A stretch of 64,000 nt of DNA from Acidobacteriota bacterium (GCA_040755995.1 JBFMAF010000052.1:51202-115201), one strand, 5' to 3'. Positions 28,628-38,396 are shown, numbered from the stretch's first letter. Translations and numbers: made by a program. The notes: generated by a model from the letters alone, not told the origin.

Positions 28628-31021
28628 GTGAGATGCATTGCAGACCACCTGATGATTGCGCTCGGAGCGGTCTCTCTCTTGTATTCGGCGTCGCCGGCCG
28701 TTCACGCCGAAGAGGCCGGAAGGGCTCTGCCCCCTGCAAGCCAGTGTACTTCGGCCTGCATTGTCAACAACGGCTTCTCGGTTCTGGGCAGCAACTACGA
28801 CAGCGGCTGGACCGGCGGACTAATCTTCGTCAACAAGCGCGGCGTGAAGAAGTCGAACGCCCATATGGAGCTACGCAATCCTGATGGCACGGTCATCAGG
28901 TGGACGTCGAAATACGCCAGCGTAACATTCTGCGTGGGCGCGTACCAGTTCCCCTGGGCCGGCTTGAATGAGAAGGGGTTGGCGTTCGGAACGATGGCCC
29001 TGGAGTCTGTCCTGGATGACCCCGCAGACCCGAGGGCTCACATGGCATCTGCGTACTGGTGGCAGTATGTGCTGGACACCTGCGAGACGGTGGAAGATGT
29101 CATTGCCACCGACGCCCTGATCAAGATCGAGACGGTCGACCATTTCCTCTTCACGGACAGGTACGGACACGCGGCCGTTGTCGAGTTTCAGAATGGTCAC
29201 ATGGTCTTCTACAAGGGGGCCAATCTGCACATCTCGGTGCTGACCAACAGCCCCTATGACCAGGACCGGGACCTGTGGGACCGGATCAAGCATACGAGCA
29301 CAACGTATGACACTCTGAATAACTCCCAACGGCGCTTCTGCATTGCCGGCGACATGGTCGACGAGTTCAGGCCGACGAGCGACCAGCGCGCGGTGGACTA
29401 CATGTTCTCGATCCTGGAAGCGACCGGCTGGGACCCTCCGGTGTCGGCCTGGAGCATTGTCTTCGACACGAAGAACCTCCGCGTCTACTTCAACACGCTC
29501 GGACGCCGGGCCATCAGGGTCATCGATCTGCTGAGCTTTGATCTCTCATGCCTGAGCCCTCCTCAGATGCTCAGTCCGTACTCCAGCGCTTCCGGTGATG
29601 TGTCTGCCTCGTTTGCCAACATCGACTGGAATGCAGCGATCGAGAACGCACTGGCATACATGCGATGGGAAGGATCGTCGATCCCAGAGGATCTCCTCAG
29701 GACACTGATCAGGATGATCCGAGGCTTCCCCTGTAGCGACAAGAAGCACGCCGAAGGGGTGCTGCTGGCCGCAGAGCCCGACAACGACGTCGCGAATCCC
29801 AGGTGTGCCGTCAATCTCAAGACAGGCAACGTCCTCGTCGTATGGAATAAGCTTGACCGCAACGATGCCTCCTACGGACAGGTCGGGAGCGCGATGCTGG
29901 TTCGCAGCCTTTCGGGCACCTACTCGGCAGTGGAGAATCAGACCCTCTCGGACACCGGGGGGTTCAATGGATCACCCTATCCGATCTACTTGCCCGACCA
30001 GGACAAATTCCTGGTGGTCTGGGATCAGACAGATCCCACCAGGCCCCTCGCGCGAAGCGCGATCCTCGGGCGGCTGCTCACCGGCAGAGGCGTGCCCGAG
30101 TCCGGCGTCCTGACCGTTGCCGCAGGCGACCTCAGGAATGCTTCGCCTCAGGTCTATCGGCGTGGAGCCGCCCGCAGTGATGCTCCGAGGACGCCGGATG
30201 CCACCGGATCGGATCTCGACCTGATCTGCTATTCTGCCAAGGTGATTGGCACGAGCGTCAGCCGCGCAGGCCTCTATATCGCCGGGCTCGACAAGAACTA
30301 CCGGGCTGGCAAGGCCGATCTATTGATGAAGGCTGCGAGCAAGAAGATCGGAAGCGTCACCAAGACGGAAACGATCGTTCCCGTAGCGTCCGGATTCGAG
30401 GACGGTGACGCCATCATATTGCCAATCGAGCACGGCCTGATACAGCATGATGGAAGCCTCCTCTACCAGTCCAAGCTCCTGATGATCGATTCGCATAACC
30501 GTGTTGCCGACAGCGAACAGGTCGGCCAGCCGGGCGCCATTCTGACCGATCTCAATGGGTTCGAGGACGGCGGCGGCGAGACGGTTGTCCTGGCCAGCAC
30601 TCTTGCGGGTGCTGCGATCACCGATCACGTGCTCAGCTGCGGTCCGGGCGGTCTGAGCCTCGTCCGGTCGTCCCCCCAGGAGGTCAGCGCAGTCGACGCC
30701 GGATATGCGATCGTCGCGGGCAGCCCCACTGGAGCGAACGATGCTCAGTCCACCGCCGGGAACGTCGGGTATCAGCTCTTCGCATCAACAGGCGGGAAGG
30801 TCTTCAGCAGGCAGATCTCGGATTCCGGGCAGACGACGGGCCCGCTGGCGACCGTGGTCAAGAAGGCGCTCGATGTGGCCACGCTGGCGGGCGCCGGCAT
30901 CGTGATCACGCAGCAGGCCGGTGGGCCGGTCGGCAGCGCCGGCCATGCGATCGTTGTTGTCTGGGACGCGAGGGGACCGAGCGGACGGGAGCTCAGGGCG
31001 AAGGTGGTTCAGGCGAAGTAG
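28628..31021 (+). CDS. Secreted Ntn/linear amide C-N hydrolase (choloylglycine hydrolase-like) with large beta-rich C-terminus
   Basis: GGAGG RBS and GTG; signal peptide; Q/CTS nucleophile, SNYD, GLNEKGL, VLTNSPY, WSIVFD. Confidence 0.8.
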   Translation: MRCIADHLMIALGAVSLLYSASPAVHAEEAGRALPPASQCTSACIVNNGFSVLGSNYDSGWTGGLIFVNKRGVKKSNAHMELRNPDGTVIRWTSKYASVTFCVGAYQFPWAGLNEKGLAFGTMALESVLDDPADPRAHMASAYWWQYVLDTCETVEDVIATDALIKIETVDHFLFTDRYGHAAVVEFQNGHMVFYKGANLHISVLTNSPYDQDRDLWDRIKHTSTTYDTLNNSQRRFCIAGDMVDEFRPTSDQRAVDYMFSILEATGWDPPVSAWSIVFDTKNLRVYFNTLGRRAIRVIDLLSFDLSCLSPPQMLSPYSSASGDVSASFANIDWNAAIENALAYMRWEGSSIPEDLLRTLIRMIRGFPCSDKKHAEGVLLAAEPDNDVANPRCAVNLKTGNVLVVWNKLDRNDASYGQVGSAMLVRSLSGTYSAVENQTLSDTGGFNGSPYPIYLPDQDKFLVVWDQTDPTRPLARSAILGRLLTGRGVPESGVLTVAAGDLRNASPQVYRRGAARSDAPRTPDATGSDLDLICYSAKVIGTSVSRAGLYIAGLDKNYRAGKADLLMKAASKKIGSVTKTETIVPVASGFEDGDAIILPIEHGLIQHDGSLLYQSKLLMIDSHNRVADSEQVGQPGAILTDLNGFEDGGGETVVLASTLAGAAITDHVLSCGPGGLSLVRSSPQEVSAVDAGYAIVAGSPTGANDAQSTAGNVGYQLFASTGGKVFSRQISDSGQTTGPLATVVKKALDVATLAGAGIVITQQAGGPVGSAGHAIVVVWDARGPSGRELRAKVVQAK

Positions 31022-31288
31022 CCAGGCGGTCGAGGGCCTTCGAGACCGCGCTCGAGATGATGGAGGGAACGGCCAACTACACAGCGAGGCGATCCCTGGG
31101 CCAGAATGCCGGCCAGACTTCGCGTCGGGGCGCACGTCGAGCTGCCGGGCGTCGTCATCGAAGTCACGGACACCACCGGCGGCGGACGTCCGGCCGAGGG
31201 GCCTCGTTGGAATGCTCTTCTCGGAGTTGGCCTCCATAATAGGTTGTGCGGCAGGGCCGAACACTATTCTGAAGGGGCCTATGGCGTC

Positions 31289-31434
31289 ACGCCTCGGTTC
31301 AGGATTCGCCGGTGTAGGAGGGAGCGATTCGAGAGGAGGCCGGATTGGAGCGACCTCGCCATAGTCCACGAGCACCCCTGCGAGCGATGGCTGCATCGGA
31401 GCTGCGGATAGCCTCAGGCGGGACGGGTCTCCTC
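31289..31434 (+). repeat. 146 bp direct repeat, copy 2
   Basis: Matches 20581-20726. Confidence 0.95.
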
Positions 31435-32130
31435 GATGTGCGTGATCTCGCCGTGGCTCAGATGGACGACCTTGTTGCAGATGCTCCTGACGAGGTTCTC
31501 CGAATGCGAGGCGACCACGAGAATCCTCGCCTGATCGATCAACCGGCGCAGGCGCCCTTCGGCCTTCGCGGAGAAGCTGCTGTCCCCGACACTCATCCAT
31601 TCGTCCATCAAGAGGACATCCGCAGGAACGCTGGTGGAGATGGCAAAGGCCAGACGGAGCCCCATGCCGCTCGAGTAGGTGCGCAGCGGCATGCTCAGGT
31701 AGTCACCCAGTTCGCAGAACTCGACGATCTCAGGAACATGCGGCTCGATCTCCCGCCGGCTTAGCCCCATCAATGTTGAGCGCATGTAGATGTTTTCGTA
31801 CCCGGTGGCATCCATGTCCATTCCCAGCCAGATTCCGAGCATGCAGGTCAGGCTGCCCTCGACCACGGCCGTGCCTGAGACGGGTTCGAAGGCCCCTGCC
31901 AGGACTCGCAACAACGTGGTCTTGCCGCTGCCGTTTGGACCCATCAACCCGACTCGATCTCCCTCGACGAACTCGAAGCTGACCTTGTTCAGCGCCTTGA
32001 CCACGACGCGATCGCGTGCGCCCTTCAGCAGCCGGCCCCCAGTTGCCGTGTTGATGAAGGCGCTCTTGAACAACCGTGAGCCGTAAACAGGGAACTCGAC
32101 CGTCACATCCTTCGCCGTGATTCGGACCAC
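31414..32130 (-). CDS. wzt: Polysaccharide ABC exporter ATPase without a C-terminal carbohydrate-binding domain
   Basis: GPNGSGKTT, YSSGMGLRLAF, LLMDE, VASH. Confidence 0.9.
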   Translation of the reverse strand: MVRITAKDVTVEFPVYGSRLFKSAFINTATGGRLLKGARDRVVVKALNKVSFEFVEGDRVGLMGPNGSGKTTLLRVLAGAFEPVSGTAVVEGSLTCMLGIWLGMDMDATGYENIYMRSTLMGLSRREIEPHVPEIVEFCELGDYLSMPLRTYSSGMGLRLAFAISTSVPADVLLMDEWMSVGDSSFSAKAEGRLRRLIDQARILVVASHSENLVRSICNKVVHLSHGEITHIEETRPA

Positions 32131-32159
32131 TTGAGTCCCTGCCCCCTGTTCGCAGTTTT

Positions 32160-32960
32160 TCAAAGCCAGTAAGCAACTCGGGCGCGAAAACGCGCGAACA
32201 CCACGAAGGTCACGACACTCCCGGCGAGGGCCAGTCCTGCGGCCACGGCCCAATTCCGGAGGGTGGGGGCGTTTCCGAAGAGAGGTGCCCGCACGATCTC
32301 GAGCAGATGGGTGACCGGGTTGATTTCCACGAGCCATCGCCGATTCCCCGTCATCTCAGCTCTCCAGATCACCGGGCTGATGAAGAGCATGACCTGGACG
32401 AGGCTGTTCACAATCTGCCCTAGATCACGAAAACGTGCGCAGAGCAGCCCCAGAAGGAGCCCGATCCAGAGCGAGTTGGCCAGGATCACGAGCAGACCCA
32501 GCGGGAAGAGCAACGAGTACATGCTCCATTGTCGGGAGAAGATCGCCAGTACAGCGACGATGATCAGGGCATTGTGGGCAAAGATGATGCAGTTGCGTGC
32601 GATCATGCGCATCACGTGTAGGGTCAGCGGCAACTTGATATCCTTGATGAGGCTCTCCATCGAGACGAAGGTATCACAGGACTCGACGATGAGGCCCGAC
32701 ATCAGAGCCCAGAGGACGAAGCTAACGGCGACATAGGAGAGGTAGGACGAGAAGTCCTGATGGAACAGCATCCCATAGAACGGCCCCATCGCTGTGACCA
32801 GGATGGCCGTGTTGATGGTGAGCCAGAAGGGCCCCAGCACCGAGCGCCTGTAGCGCAGCCTGGTGTCCTGCCATGCCAGCATGGCCCACAGGTGCACGCC
32901 CAGAATGCCGTCGACAATGTCTCTCAGGGCGAGACGTGCGTTCGATCGAGGTTGACTCAT
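32160..32960 (-). CDS. wzm: Polysaccharide ABC exporter permease
   Basis: RYRRSVLGPFW, ARFRDL, NPVTHLLEIVRAP. Confidence 0.9.
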   Translation of the reverse strand: MSQPRSNARLALRDIVDGILGVHLWAMLAWQDTRLRYRRSVLGPFWLTINTAILVTAMGPFYGMLFHQDFSSYLSYVAVSFVLWALMSGLIVESCDTFVSMESLIKDIKLPLTLHVMRMIARNCIIFAHNALIIVAVLAIFSRQWSMYSLLFPLGLLVILANSLWIGLLLGLLCARFRDLGQIVNSLVQVMLFISPVIWRAEMTGNRRWLVEINPVTHLLEIVRAPLFGNAPTLRNWAVAAGLALAGSVVTFVVFARFRARVAYWL

Positions 32961-33058
32961 CTGGGCTCAGTTGCTCCGTCGCTTGTTCACACCTGGACGC
33001 TGCTTGCGCGGAGACGGATCGGGCGGCATCCCGGAGCCGAAAGGCGACCGGGTCCCGC

Positions 33059-33146
33059 TCACCTCCTGTTCTCCTCCCTCAGCCCCTCCAACACCCGGTT
33101 GCACAGGGGCTATGAGCGGCCCGGAATTGCAGACGACGATCGCCAC
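33059..33146 (-). pseudogene. DUF3368/PIN toxin reduced to start plus end by internal deletion
   Basis: GTG right after the UPF0175 stop gives VAIVVCNSGPLIA, fused out of frame to LCNRVLEGLREENRR*. Confidence 0.6.
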
Positions 33147-33413
33147 TCAGCCCAGTTCCTCGTCGACCATCTGGGGATCGCTAGGCGGTTGGAGGCCACG
33201 GGCATAAGCCTGACAGGCCATCTCATCTTCTCGCAGGCCCGCCATCTCGGCTGCTGCGCCCAGCGACATCCGTCCACGGGCGTACTCAGCCAGCGCCTGC
33301 TCGATCTTCTTTTGTCGAAGACCGAGCCTGATCAGCTCGACGAGCGCCTCGGACTCGGCCTCTTCAACCTCGCGCGACAAGGATTCAGGTAGCCGCAGGA
33401 TCCGTTCAACCAT
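33147..33413 (-). CDS. UPF0175-family antitoxin-like protein
   Basis: ALAEYARGRMSLGAAAEMAGL; TG-C-TATAAT upstream (33446-33454). Confidence 0.8.
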   Translation of the reverse strand: MVERILRLPESLSREVEEAESEALVELIRLGLRQKKIEQALAEYARGRMSLGAAAEMAGLREDEMACQAYARGLQPPSDPQMVDEELG

Positions 33414-33600
33414 GTCATTCTACCTCGTCTCGATGGACCTCCGACATTATAGCAGGACTCGGCCCGCGAATGGCGTCATCCGGTGGCGCGGTGGCGCGGT
33501 GTGGCACTTCGACTCCGGGTTCTGGCATCGTGCGCAAACCAGCGAGCAGCCTTTGGAGAATATGACCGTCCTGGATGCCTGCACGTTGGTCGCGCCGCCG

Positions 33601-34908
33601 CTATTCAAGCAGAGATCGGTACTTCTTCAGAAAGGCTCCGCCCACGCTGGAGGCGGCTCCGAAGGAGTAGTGGCCGGGGTGGAACAGGGATGCGTAGGTC
33701 CGCCTCATGGCGCGCTCCTCCTCGGATTCCTCGTAGACCCCGGCCAGGCGCGCCAGCATCTCTCTGACAAGGTCGAGGATCTCGTCCGGGCTGTTGTCCT
33801 GCATCCTGATGCCGCGCGCCTCGAAGAGCGGGCCGTAGCGGTAGTCCGCCAGCGGGTCCTGAAAGGCCTCGCGAAGCGGCAGCAGCCGGCCATCGATTGC
33901 GCTGAGCAGCTTTGGAATGCTGAGGTCTCCCGGGAGGGGAGCCAGGGTGGAGATGGGTGTCATGTTGACGAGCGCCGAAGGGACTCCGAACGCGGTGCTG
34001 AGAAAGGCCAGCCCCGACGTATCGCCCAGGAAGAACCGGGCTCGCGCGCACAGCAGGACATCGAGTCTGGGAGAGCGTAGAGGGTGATGAGCGTAGTCGA
34101 TCACCCTGATCTCCATGGATGTCGGGGAGACCAGTCGGGCCAATGGGCGCATCGCGGGATTCCCCAGACGAACACAGTATCCGCCCCGATCCACGATCTC
34201 CTGCATCGCCGGAAGCACGCTGTCGATCAGGCTGTTACGGTGAGTGAATCCGGGGTCATCAATCGGAGAGAAGCCGGCTTCACGGATGTGAACACAGACA
34301 TACCAGCATCCTCTGGGCAGGCCGAGTCTTTCCATGATCTGTTCGCCCCACGTCTCGTCCTCCGTGCTCAGCCTGAGAATCGGAGCGCGCGTCCCCCACT
34401 CAGCTTGAATGGCGTAGACCGCCTGAGTCTCGTACAGTCTCATGAGATACCTGCTGATGTCCTCTCTCATCAGCCAGAATCGGCTCATGGCCGCGAGCAA
34501 CCGGCAGAGCACGGGGCCTGTCACCACAGGCAGGTGCTGCTGCCAGTAGGTCACGAGATGCGGATTGGCAGCCGTGCGGCGTGACGCCAGGAAGAATCTC
34601 TTGGGACAAGTGGGGAGCTCTCTGAGGACCCGATCTTTCAACAGGCAATCGGGTTCTCCCGCCAGGTGTCCGATTCGTTCGGAATACACGGTGATCTTGC
34701 GGTATCCCAGGCAGTGCAGCGGAACAGTCGCTGGCAGTAGCAGGGTCCACAGCAGCAGGTCCCATAGCAGGCGCAGACCCCGTTTCACAAGCCACCATCC
34801 CCCATCGTTGGCGATGCGCACGCGGTAGTAGAAGCTCAGCTCGTCCCGGCGCCGGAATGGGCGGGGGCAGTAGGCGGCCGAGCGGGGACGAAGCATCCGC
34901 GCTATCAC
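33601..34908 (-). CDS. TIGR04372-type putative glycosyltransferase
   Basis: RIGHLAGE, VCVHIRE, HRNS, GYCVRLG, DYAH, FFLGDTSGL. Confidence 0.8.
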   Translation of the reverse strand: MIARMLRPRSAAYCPRPFRRRDELSFYYRVRIANDGGWWLVKRGLRLLWDLLLWTLLLPATVPLHCLGYRKITVYSERIGHLAGEPDCLLKDRVLRELPTCPKRFFLASRRTAANPHLVTYWQQHLPVVTGPVLCRLLAAMSRFWLMREDISRYLMRLYETQAVYAIQAEWGTRAPILRLSTEDETWGEQIMERLGLPRGCWYVCVHIREAGFSPIDDPGFTHRNSLIDSVLPAMQEIVDRGGYCVRLGNPAMRPLARLVSPTSMEIRVIDYAHHPLRSPRLDVLLCARARFFLGDTSGLAFLSTAFGVPSALVNMTPISTLAPLPGDLSIPKLLSAIDGRLLPLREAFQDPLADYRYGPLFEARGIRMQDNSPDEILDLVREMLARLAGVYEESEEERAMRRTYASLFHPGHYSFGAASSVGGAFLKKYRSLLE

Positions 34909-35126
34909 TTGCTCACCATCACGGACTCAGCGATAGTCGGCCTCGGCCCGGCGCAGGCTTTCCAGGGTGCCGATGTCGCGGTGATAGTCGCCGTTGTGAA
35001 ACGTCCATATTCGGCCCAGGAAGCGCGGAATGACATCGATGCTCAGGTCAAGCGTCGCTCTGCCGAGTGAGGCCATGTCGTCCACGACTTCCGGCTCGAT
35101 GATGCAGACAGCCGCATTGGGGCGGT
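34601..35126 (+). repeat. 526 bp direct repeat, copy 1; copy 2 at 42061-42586
   Basis: Offset exactly 7460 bp; about 20 mismatches, no indels. Confidence 0.97.
34927..35126 (-). pseudogene. Duplicated 3' third of the nucleotidyltransferase gene
   Basis: NAAVCIIEPEVV...RRAEADYR* matches the end of 42387-43088. Confidence 0.9.
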
Positions 35127-35205
35127 CTGCGAGTAGTCCCGCTCGGCCAGCTGCTGCGGCGTCGGCGCCCACGGGTCTGATCGGTTTCGACTTGTGCCCC
35201 GAACG

Positions 35206-35985
35206 TCAGTGTATCGTCTCCGGACCGCCGTCCTCCTCCTCTCCGTCGTCGAAGAAGGGCTCGACGCGCCTTGCGTCCGCAGGAGGAGGCGCGTAGCGGA
35301 TCCACCTCGCGAACTCAGCGACGCTCTGAGTCCACTCGTCCGCGGCATTCTTGAACCGCAGAGCGAGCCGCGCCAGGTCCTCGCCAGAGTCCTTCTCGGT
35401 GGTGCGGCGATCAGGATCGTCCCATACTCGGGGGAGGCGAAGGAAACGAAATCCGCCAACGGATACCGCCTTGAGGTAGAGCCTGCCATCGACATCACAT
35501 CGGGCCTCTACCTGGACCTCTTCCCGACCACCCAGAACGGCGATCAGCCGGCCCTGGCGCTCCTTGGTTTCAGTGAGCATCTCGTCGAGTCTTCGGCCGA
35601 TCGAGTCGGCCCAGGGACCGAGGACCTGAGGTTCAGGTATTGTGGTCTTTGACCCATAGGGGAGGTTTGCCGACAGATCGAGGTCTACTCGGATAAACCG
35701 TTGTGCGGTTCTTGTGGTTGATCTCTTCCGGCCCAGAAGCTCCATGAGCAGGTCCTCCTCGCATGTGTACGAACGGGCAGCGTCGATTGGACTCCAATTG
35801 AAGGCTACCTCCGCGCATATGTGAAAGGGCTCTGCGCCGTGTGAGGGGAGCGGGTGGTACAGCTTCCAGCGCTGCTCCATGCGGACCACATCGATTGTCT
35901 CGATGGGGGTGTCCATCCCCCCGGCCAGGAGGCCTACCTCGCGAAGCGCGTCCTGAATCTCACTGCGGAACTCGTCGTAACGCAT
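35206..35985 (-). CDS. Hypothetical protein (259 aa)
   Basis: GAGGAGG RBS, ATG 35985; protein-like composition; no motif recognised. Confidence 0.7.
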   Translation of the reverse strand: MRYDEFRSEIQDALREVGLLAGGMDTPIETIDVVRMEQRWKLYHPLPSHGAEPFHICAEVAFNWSPIDAARSYTCEEDLLMELLGRKRSTTRTAQRFIRVDLDLSANLPYGSKTTIPEPQVLGPWADSIGRRLDEMLTETKERQGRLIAVLGGREEVQVEARCDVDGRLYLKAVSVGGFRFLRLPRVWDDPDRRTTEKDSGEDLARLALRFKNAADEWTQSVAEFARWIRYAPPPADARRVEPFFDDGEEEDGGPETIH

Positions 35986-36270
35986 GTCGTCCTCCTCTGA
36001 AATGCGCGAACAGGTATCGTAGCTCAAATTCGGTTTCCTCGCGCGTCTTCATGCTGCTCTCTGGCCGGGACGAAGCACACTCGAGTTGGCACCAAAGGCC
36101 CTGCTGGCCGCGAGCCGGATTCCAACCACGTTGACCCGCAGCAGCGTCATGTGAGATAGTGCCTCAGGGATCCCACGAGGTCACCGATGCTGGAACTGGC
36201 GCCAGGGTCACGTTTCATTCACCAGGCCTGCTGACCCGATCGGGTGCAATCATGACCGGAGGATTCGCCG

Positions 36271-36855
36271 ATGAATGTGTTTGAGCTTCGCGACCGCCTC
36301 ACCGCGGACTACGGCAGCTACGTGCGCGGCTTCATCAATGTCCGAAACGGACGGATCAGCGACCTGATCGAGCACGAGTTCGAGCAGGGCCTCCTCTGGC
36401 CGGATCCTCTGATCCAGATGAACCCCTCGTTCGAGCACGGTGGAACGGTCGAGGACCTCGTCGCGGAAGGCGTTCTGCATAGCGAATGCAGCAGGATCTT
36501 CCGCCTCAAACGCCTGTCTGATCCCGAGAGCCGGCCGCTACGTCTTCATCGCCACCAGGCCGATGCGATCAGGATTGCCCGAGACGGCCACAACTACGTG
36601 CTGACTACCGGCACGGGATCCGGGAAGAGCCTCACCTACATCATCCCTATCGTCGACCATGTTCTGCGGCGCGGAAGCGGCATCGGGATTACGGCCGTGG
36701 TCGTGTATCCGATGAACGCGCTGGCCAACAGCCAATTGAACGAGCTGCAGAGAGAGCGAGCAGCCAAGTTGACAGCCGATGGCCAGACACTAGATCACAC
36801 ACCTCGCAGCCCTGCCCAGATTCCGCGACGGTACCATGGGCGGCTGCCATTCTGA
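36271..36855 (+). pseudogene. Truncated DEAD/DEAH helicase (N-terminus of a large DUF1998-type defence helicase)
   Basis: LWPDPLIQMNP, LHRHQ, TGTGSGKS, YPMNALANSQ, then loss of similarity before the DExH motif. Confidence 0.8.
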
Positions 36856-36932
36856 CGGGGCCGCTCGTCCCCCCTTTGGCACATGGGCAATGACTCTTCT
36901 GGATGCTAAGATCTGTGTGGAGGGTCACGAAG

Positions 36933-37235
36933 ATGAGTGACAGGAACCACGAGCAGTACATGCGAGCGGAGGCATGCGCCCTTAGCGGCGACGTCGAGGG
37001 GCTCGGGGTGATTGCGGCCAGTGGCACAGACCTCAGTGCACTCCTCTTCGAGGCCGCCGCCAGTGGAAAGGGCCGAACTTTGAGCACGCTGATCCAGGCC
37101 GGCGTGCCGCTGAACGTGCTCGACGCGTCAGGGCGGACCCCACTCGACGTGGCTCGCGAAGCTGGTGAGAAAGAGTGCGCTGAGATGATCCGGCGGGGAG
37201 GTGGACGGCACTCGTTTGACGTGGTGCGACGATGA
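36933..37235 (+). CDS. Small ankyrin-repeat protein
   Basis: LFEAAASG...LIQAGVPLN.LDASGRTPLDVA; ATGA overlap with the SIR2 gene. Confidence 0.75.
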   Translation: MSDRNHEQYMRAEACALSGDVEGLGVIAASGTDLSALLFEAAASGKGRTLSTLIQAGVPLNVLDASGRTPLDVAREAGEKECAEMIRRGGGRHSFDVVRR

Positions 37236-38227
37236 AAGCCTTCTTCATCGGCGCCGGCGCATCACAGGGCACACTCGGAGGGAAGTCAGGTTGTCCGCCC
37301 GTGGCGGCCGAGTTCGGCAGGATGCTTGCGGAGCGCTGCGATCTGGCGAGTGACTTCCCCGCGCTCGCGATGGTGGTAGCCCATTTGGGAGTGCCCCTCT
37401 TTCAACTGGGACTCGAACAGATATGGACCTGCATCGACTACTATGCCAAGCTATCCAGGGTCATGCCCGTACCACCGGTATGGTGCGGAGTGAACGCGAG
37501 TCGCGATCTGAGGAAGGCACTCTTGCGTCTCTACGGGCGGTCGTGCGACCAAGCCGCTGAGCAGCTTCCGATCTCGCACGACTACACCCTCGGGCATGTG
37601 CTGGGGGAACAGGTCCAGTCTGGCGATATCATCATTTCATTCAATTACGACACGCTGATAGAACGGCTGGCCATTCGCTTCGGACACAAGTTGCGCATGG
37701 TTTGCAGCAGTATGCGGCCCGACATCGTACATCTGGCGAAACCGCACGGTTCCACTTCCTGGGTAATGGACTTCGCCAGTCGGACTGTGACCACCTCGGC
37801 GGCAGATGGTTCACCACTGATCGACTCATTAGCCGAAGAGGACGTGGAACGGCGGAGAGAACCGCTCGTGCTTGGCGCAGTCCCAATCAAGAGCGAGCTG
37901 ATCCGCGAGGTTCAGGTCCACTACGGGTGGCCGGAGGTGTTTGAGGTCGTGGTAACGCAATGGAGGGCCGTCGTTGCAGCAGTACGAGACGCAGCGGAGA
38001 TTATCGTCGTTGGATACGGCTTTCCAAGCGAAGACCAGTACGGCAGGTTTCTCCTCCGTGAGGCAGCGCGACTGCGGTCTTCCCCTCTGCGCGTGGAGTA
38101 CTATCAAGTAAGGGCCCGCGCCGGGTCGACCGCTGCCTCGATCATCGACGCCTTCGGCACTCCCGGAATCCAGTTGAACTGGCGCGGTGAGGTCGAGCCT
38201 CCTGTGCCCGTGTCTGAGGACGCATGA
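37232..38227 (+). CDS. SIR2-like (SIR2_2) domain protein
   Basis: IGAGAS, ISFNYDTLIE, KPHGS, VVGYGF. Confidence 0.85.
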   Translation: MKAFFIGAGASQGTLGGKSGCPPVAAEFGRMLAERCDLASDFPALAMVVAHLGVPLFQLGLEQIWTCIDYYAKLSRVMPVPPVWCGVNASRDLRKALLRLYGRSCDQAAEQLPISHDYTLGHVLGEQVQSGDIIISFNYDTLIERLAIRFGHKLRMVCSSMRPDIVHLAKPHGSTSWVMDFASRTVTTSAADGSPLIDSLAEEDVERRREPLVLGAVPIKSELIREVQVHYGWPEVFEVVVTQWRAVVAAVRDAAEIIVVGYGFPSEDQYGRFLLREAARLRSSPLRVEYYQVRARAGSTAASIIDAFGTPGIQLNWRGEVEPPVPVSEDA

Positions 38228-38396
38228 GCACCGATTTCCGCGCTGGCAGGAGGCGGACGGCGAAGAGACCCCAGTAGCGGGATGTCTCCACTGTGGACCA
38301 CACCATCCACTCGGAGGTGACATGGGGCGAGTACCAGGACACCCACATCACCACGCACTTGCGTGCTGTTAGCGCGATGCGGATCCGGGGGCGTGC

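Noticed and set aside
31022..31288. Protein-like snippets (RAFETALEMMEGTANY; LRVGAHVELPGVVIEV) at the cargo edge
   Set aside because: Probably gene scraps, but no family could be recognised.
38224..38396. Short ORFs between the SIR2 and HNH genes
   Set aside because: Too short and without motif; cannot be supported as genes.
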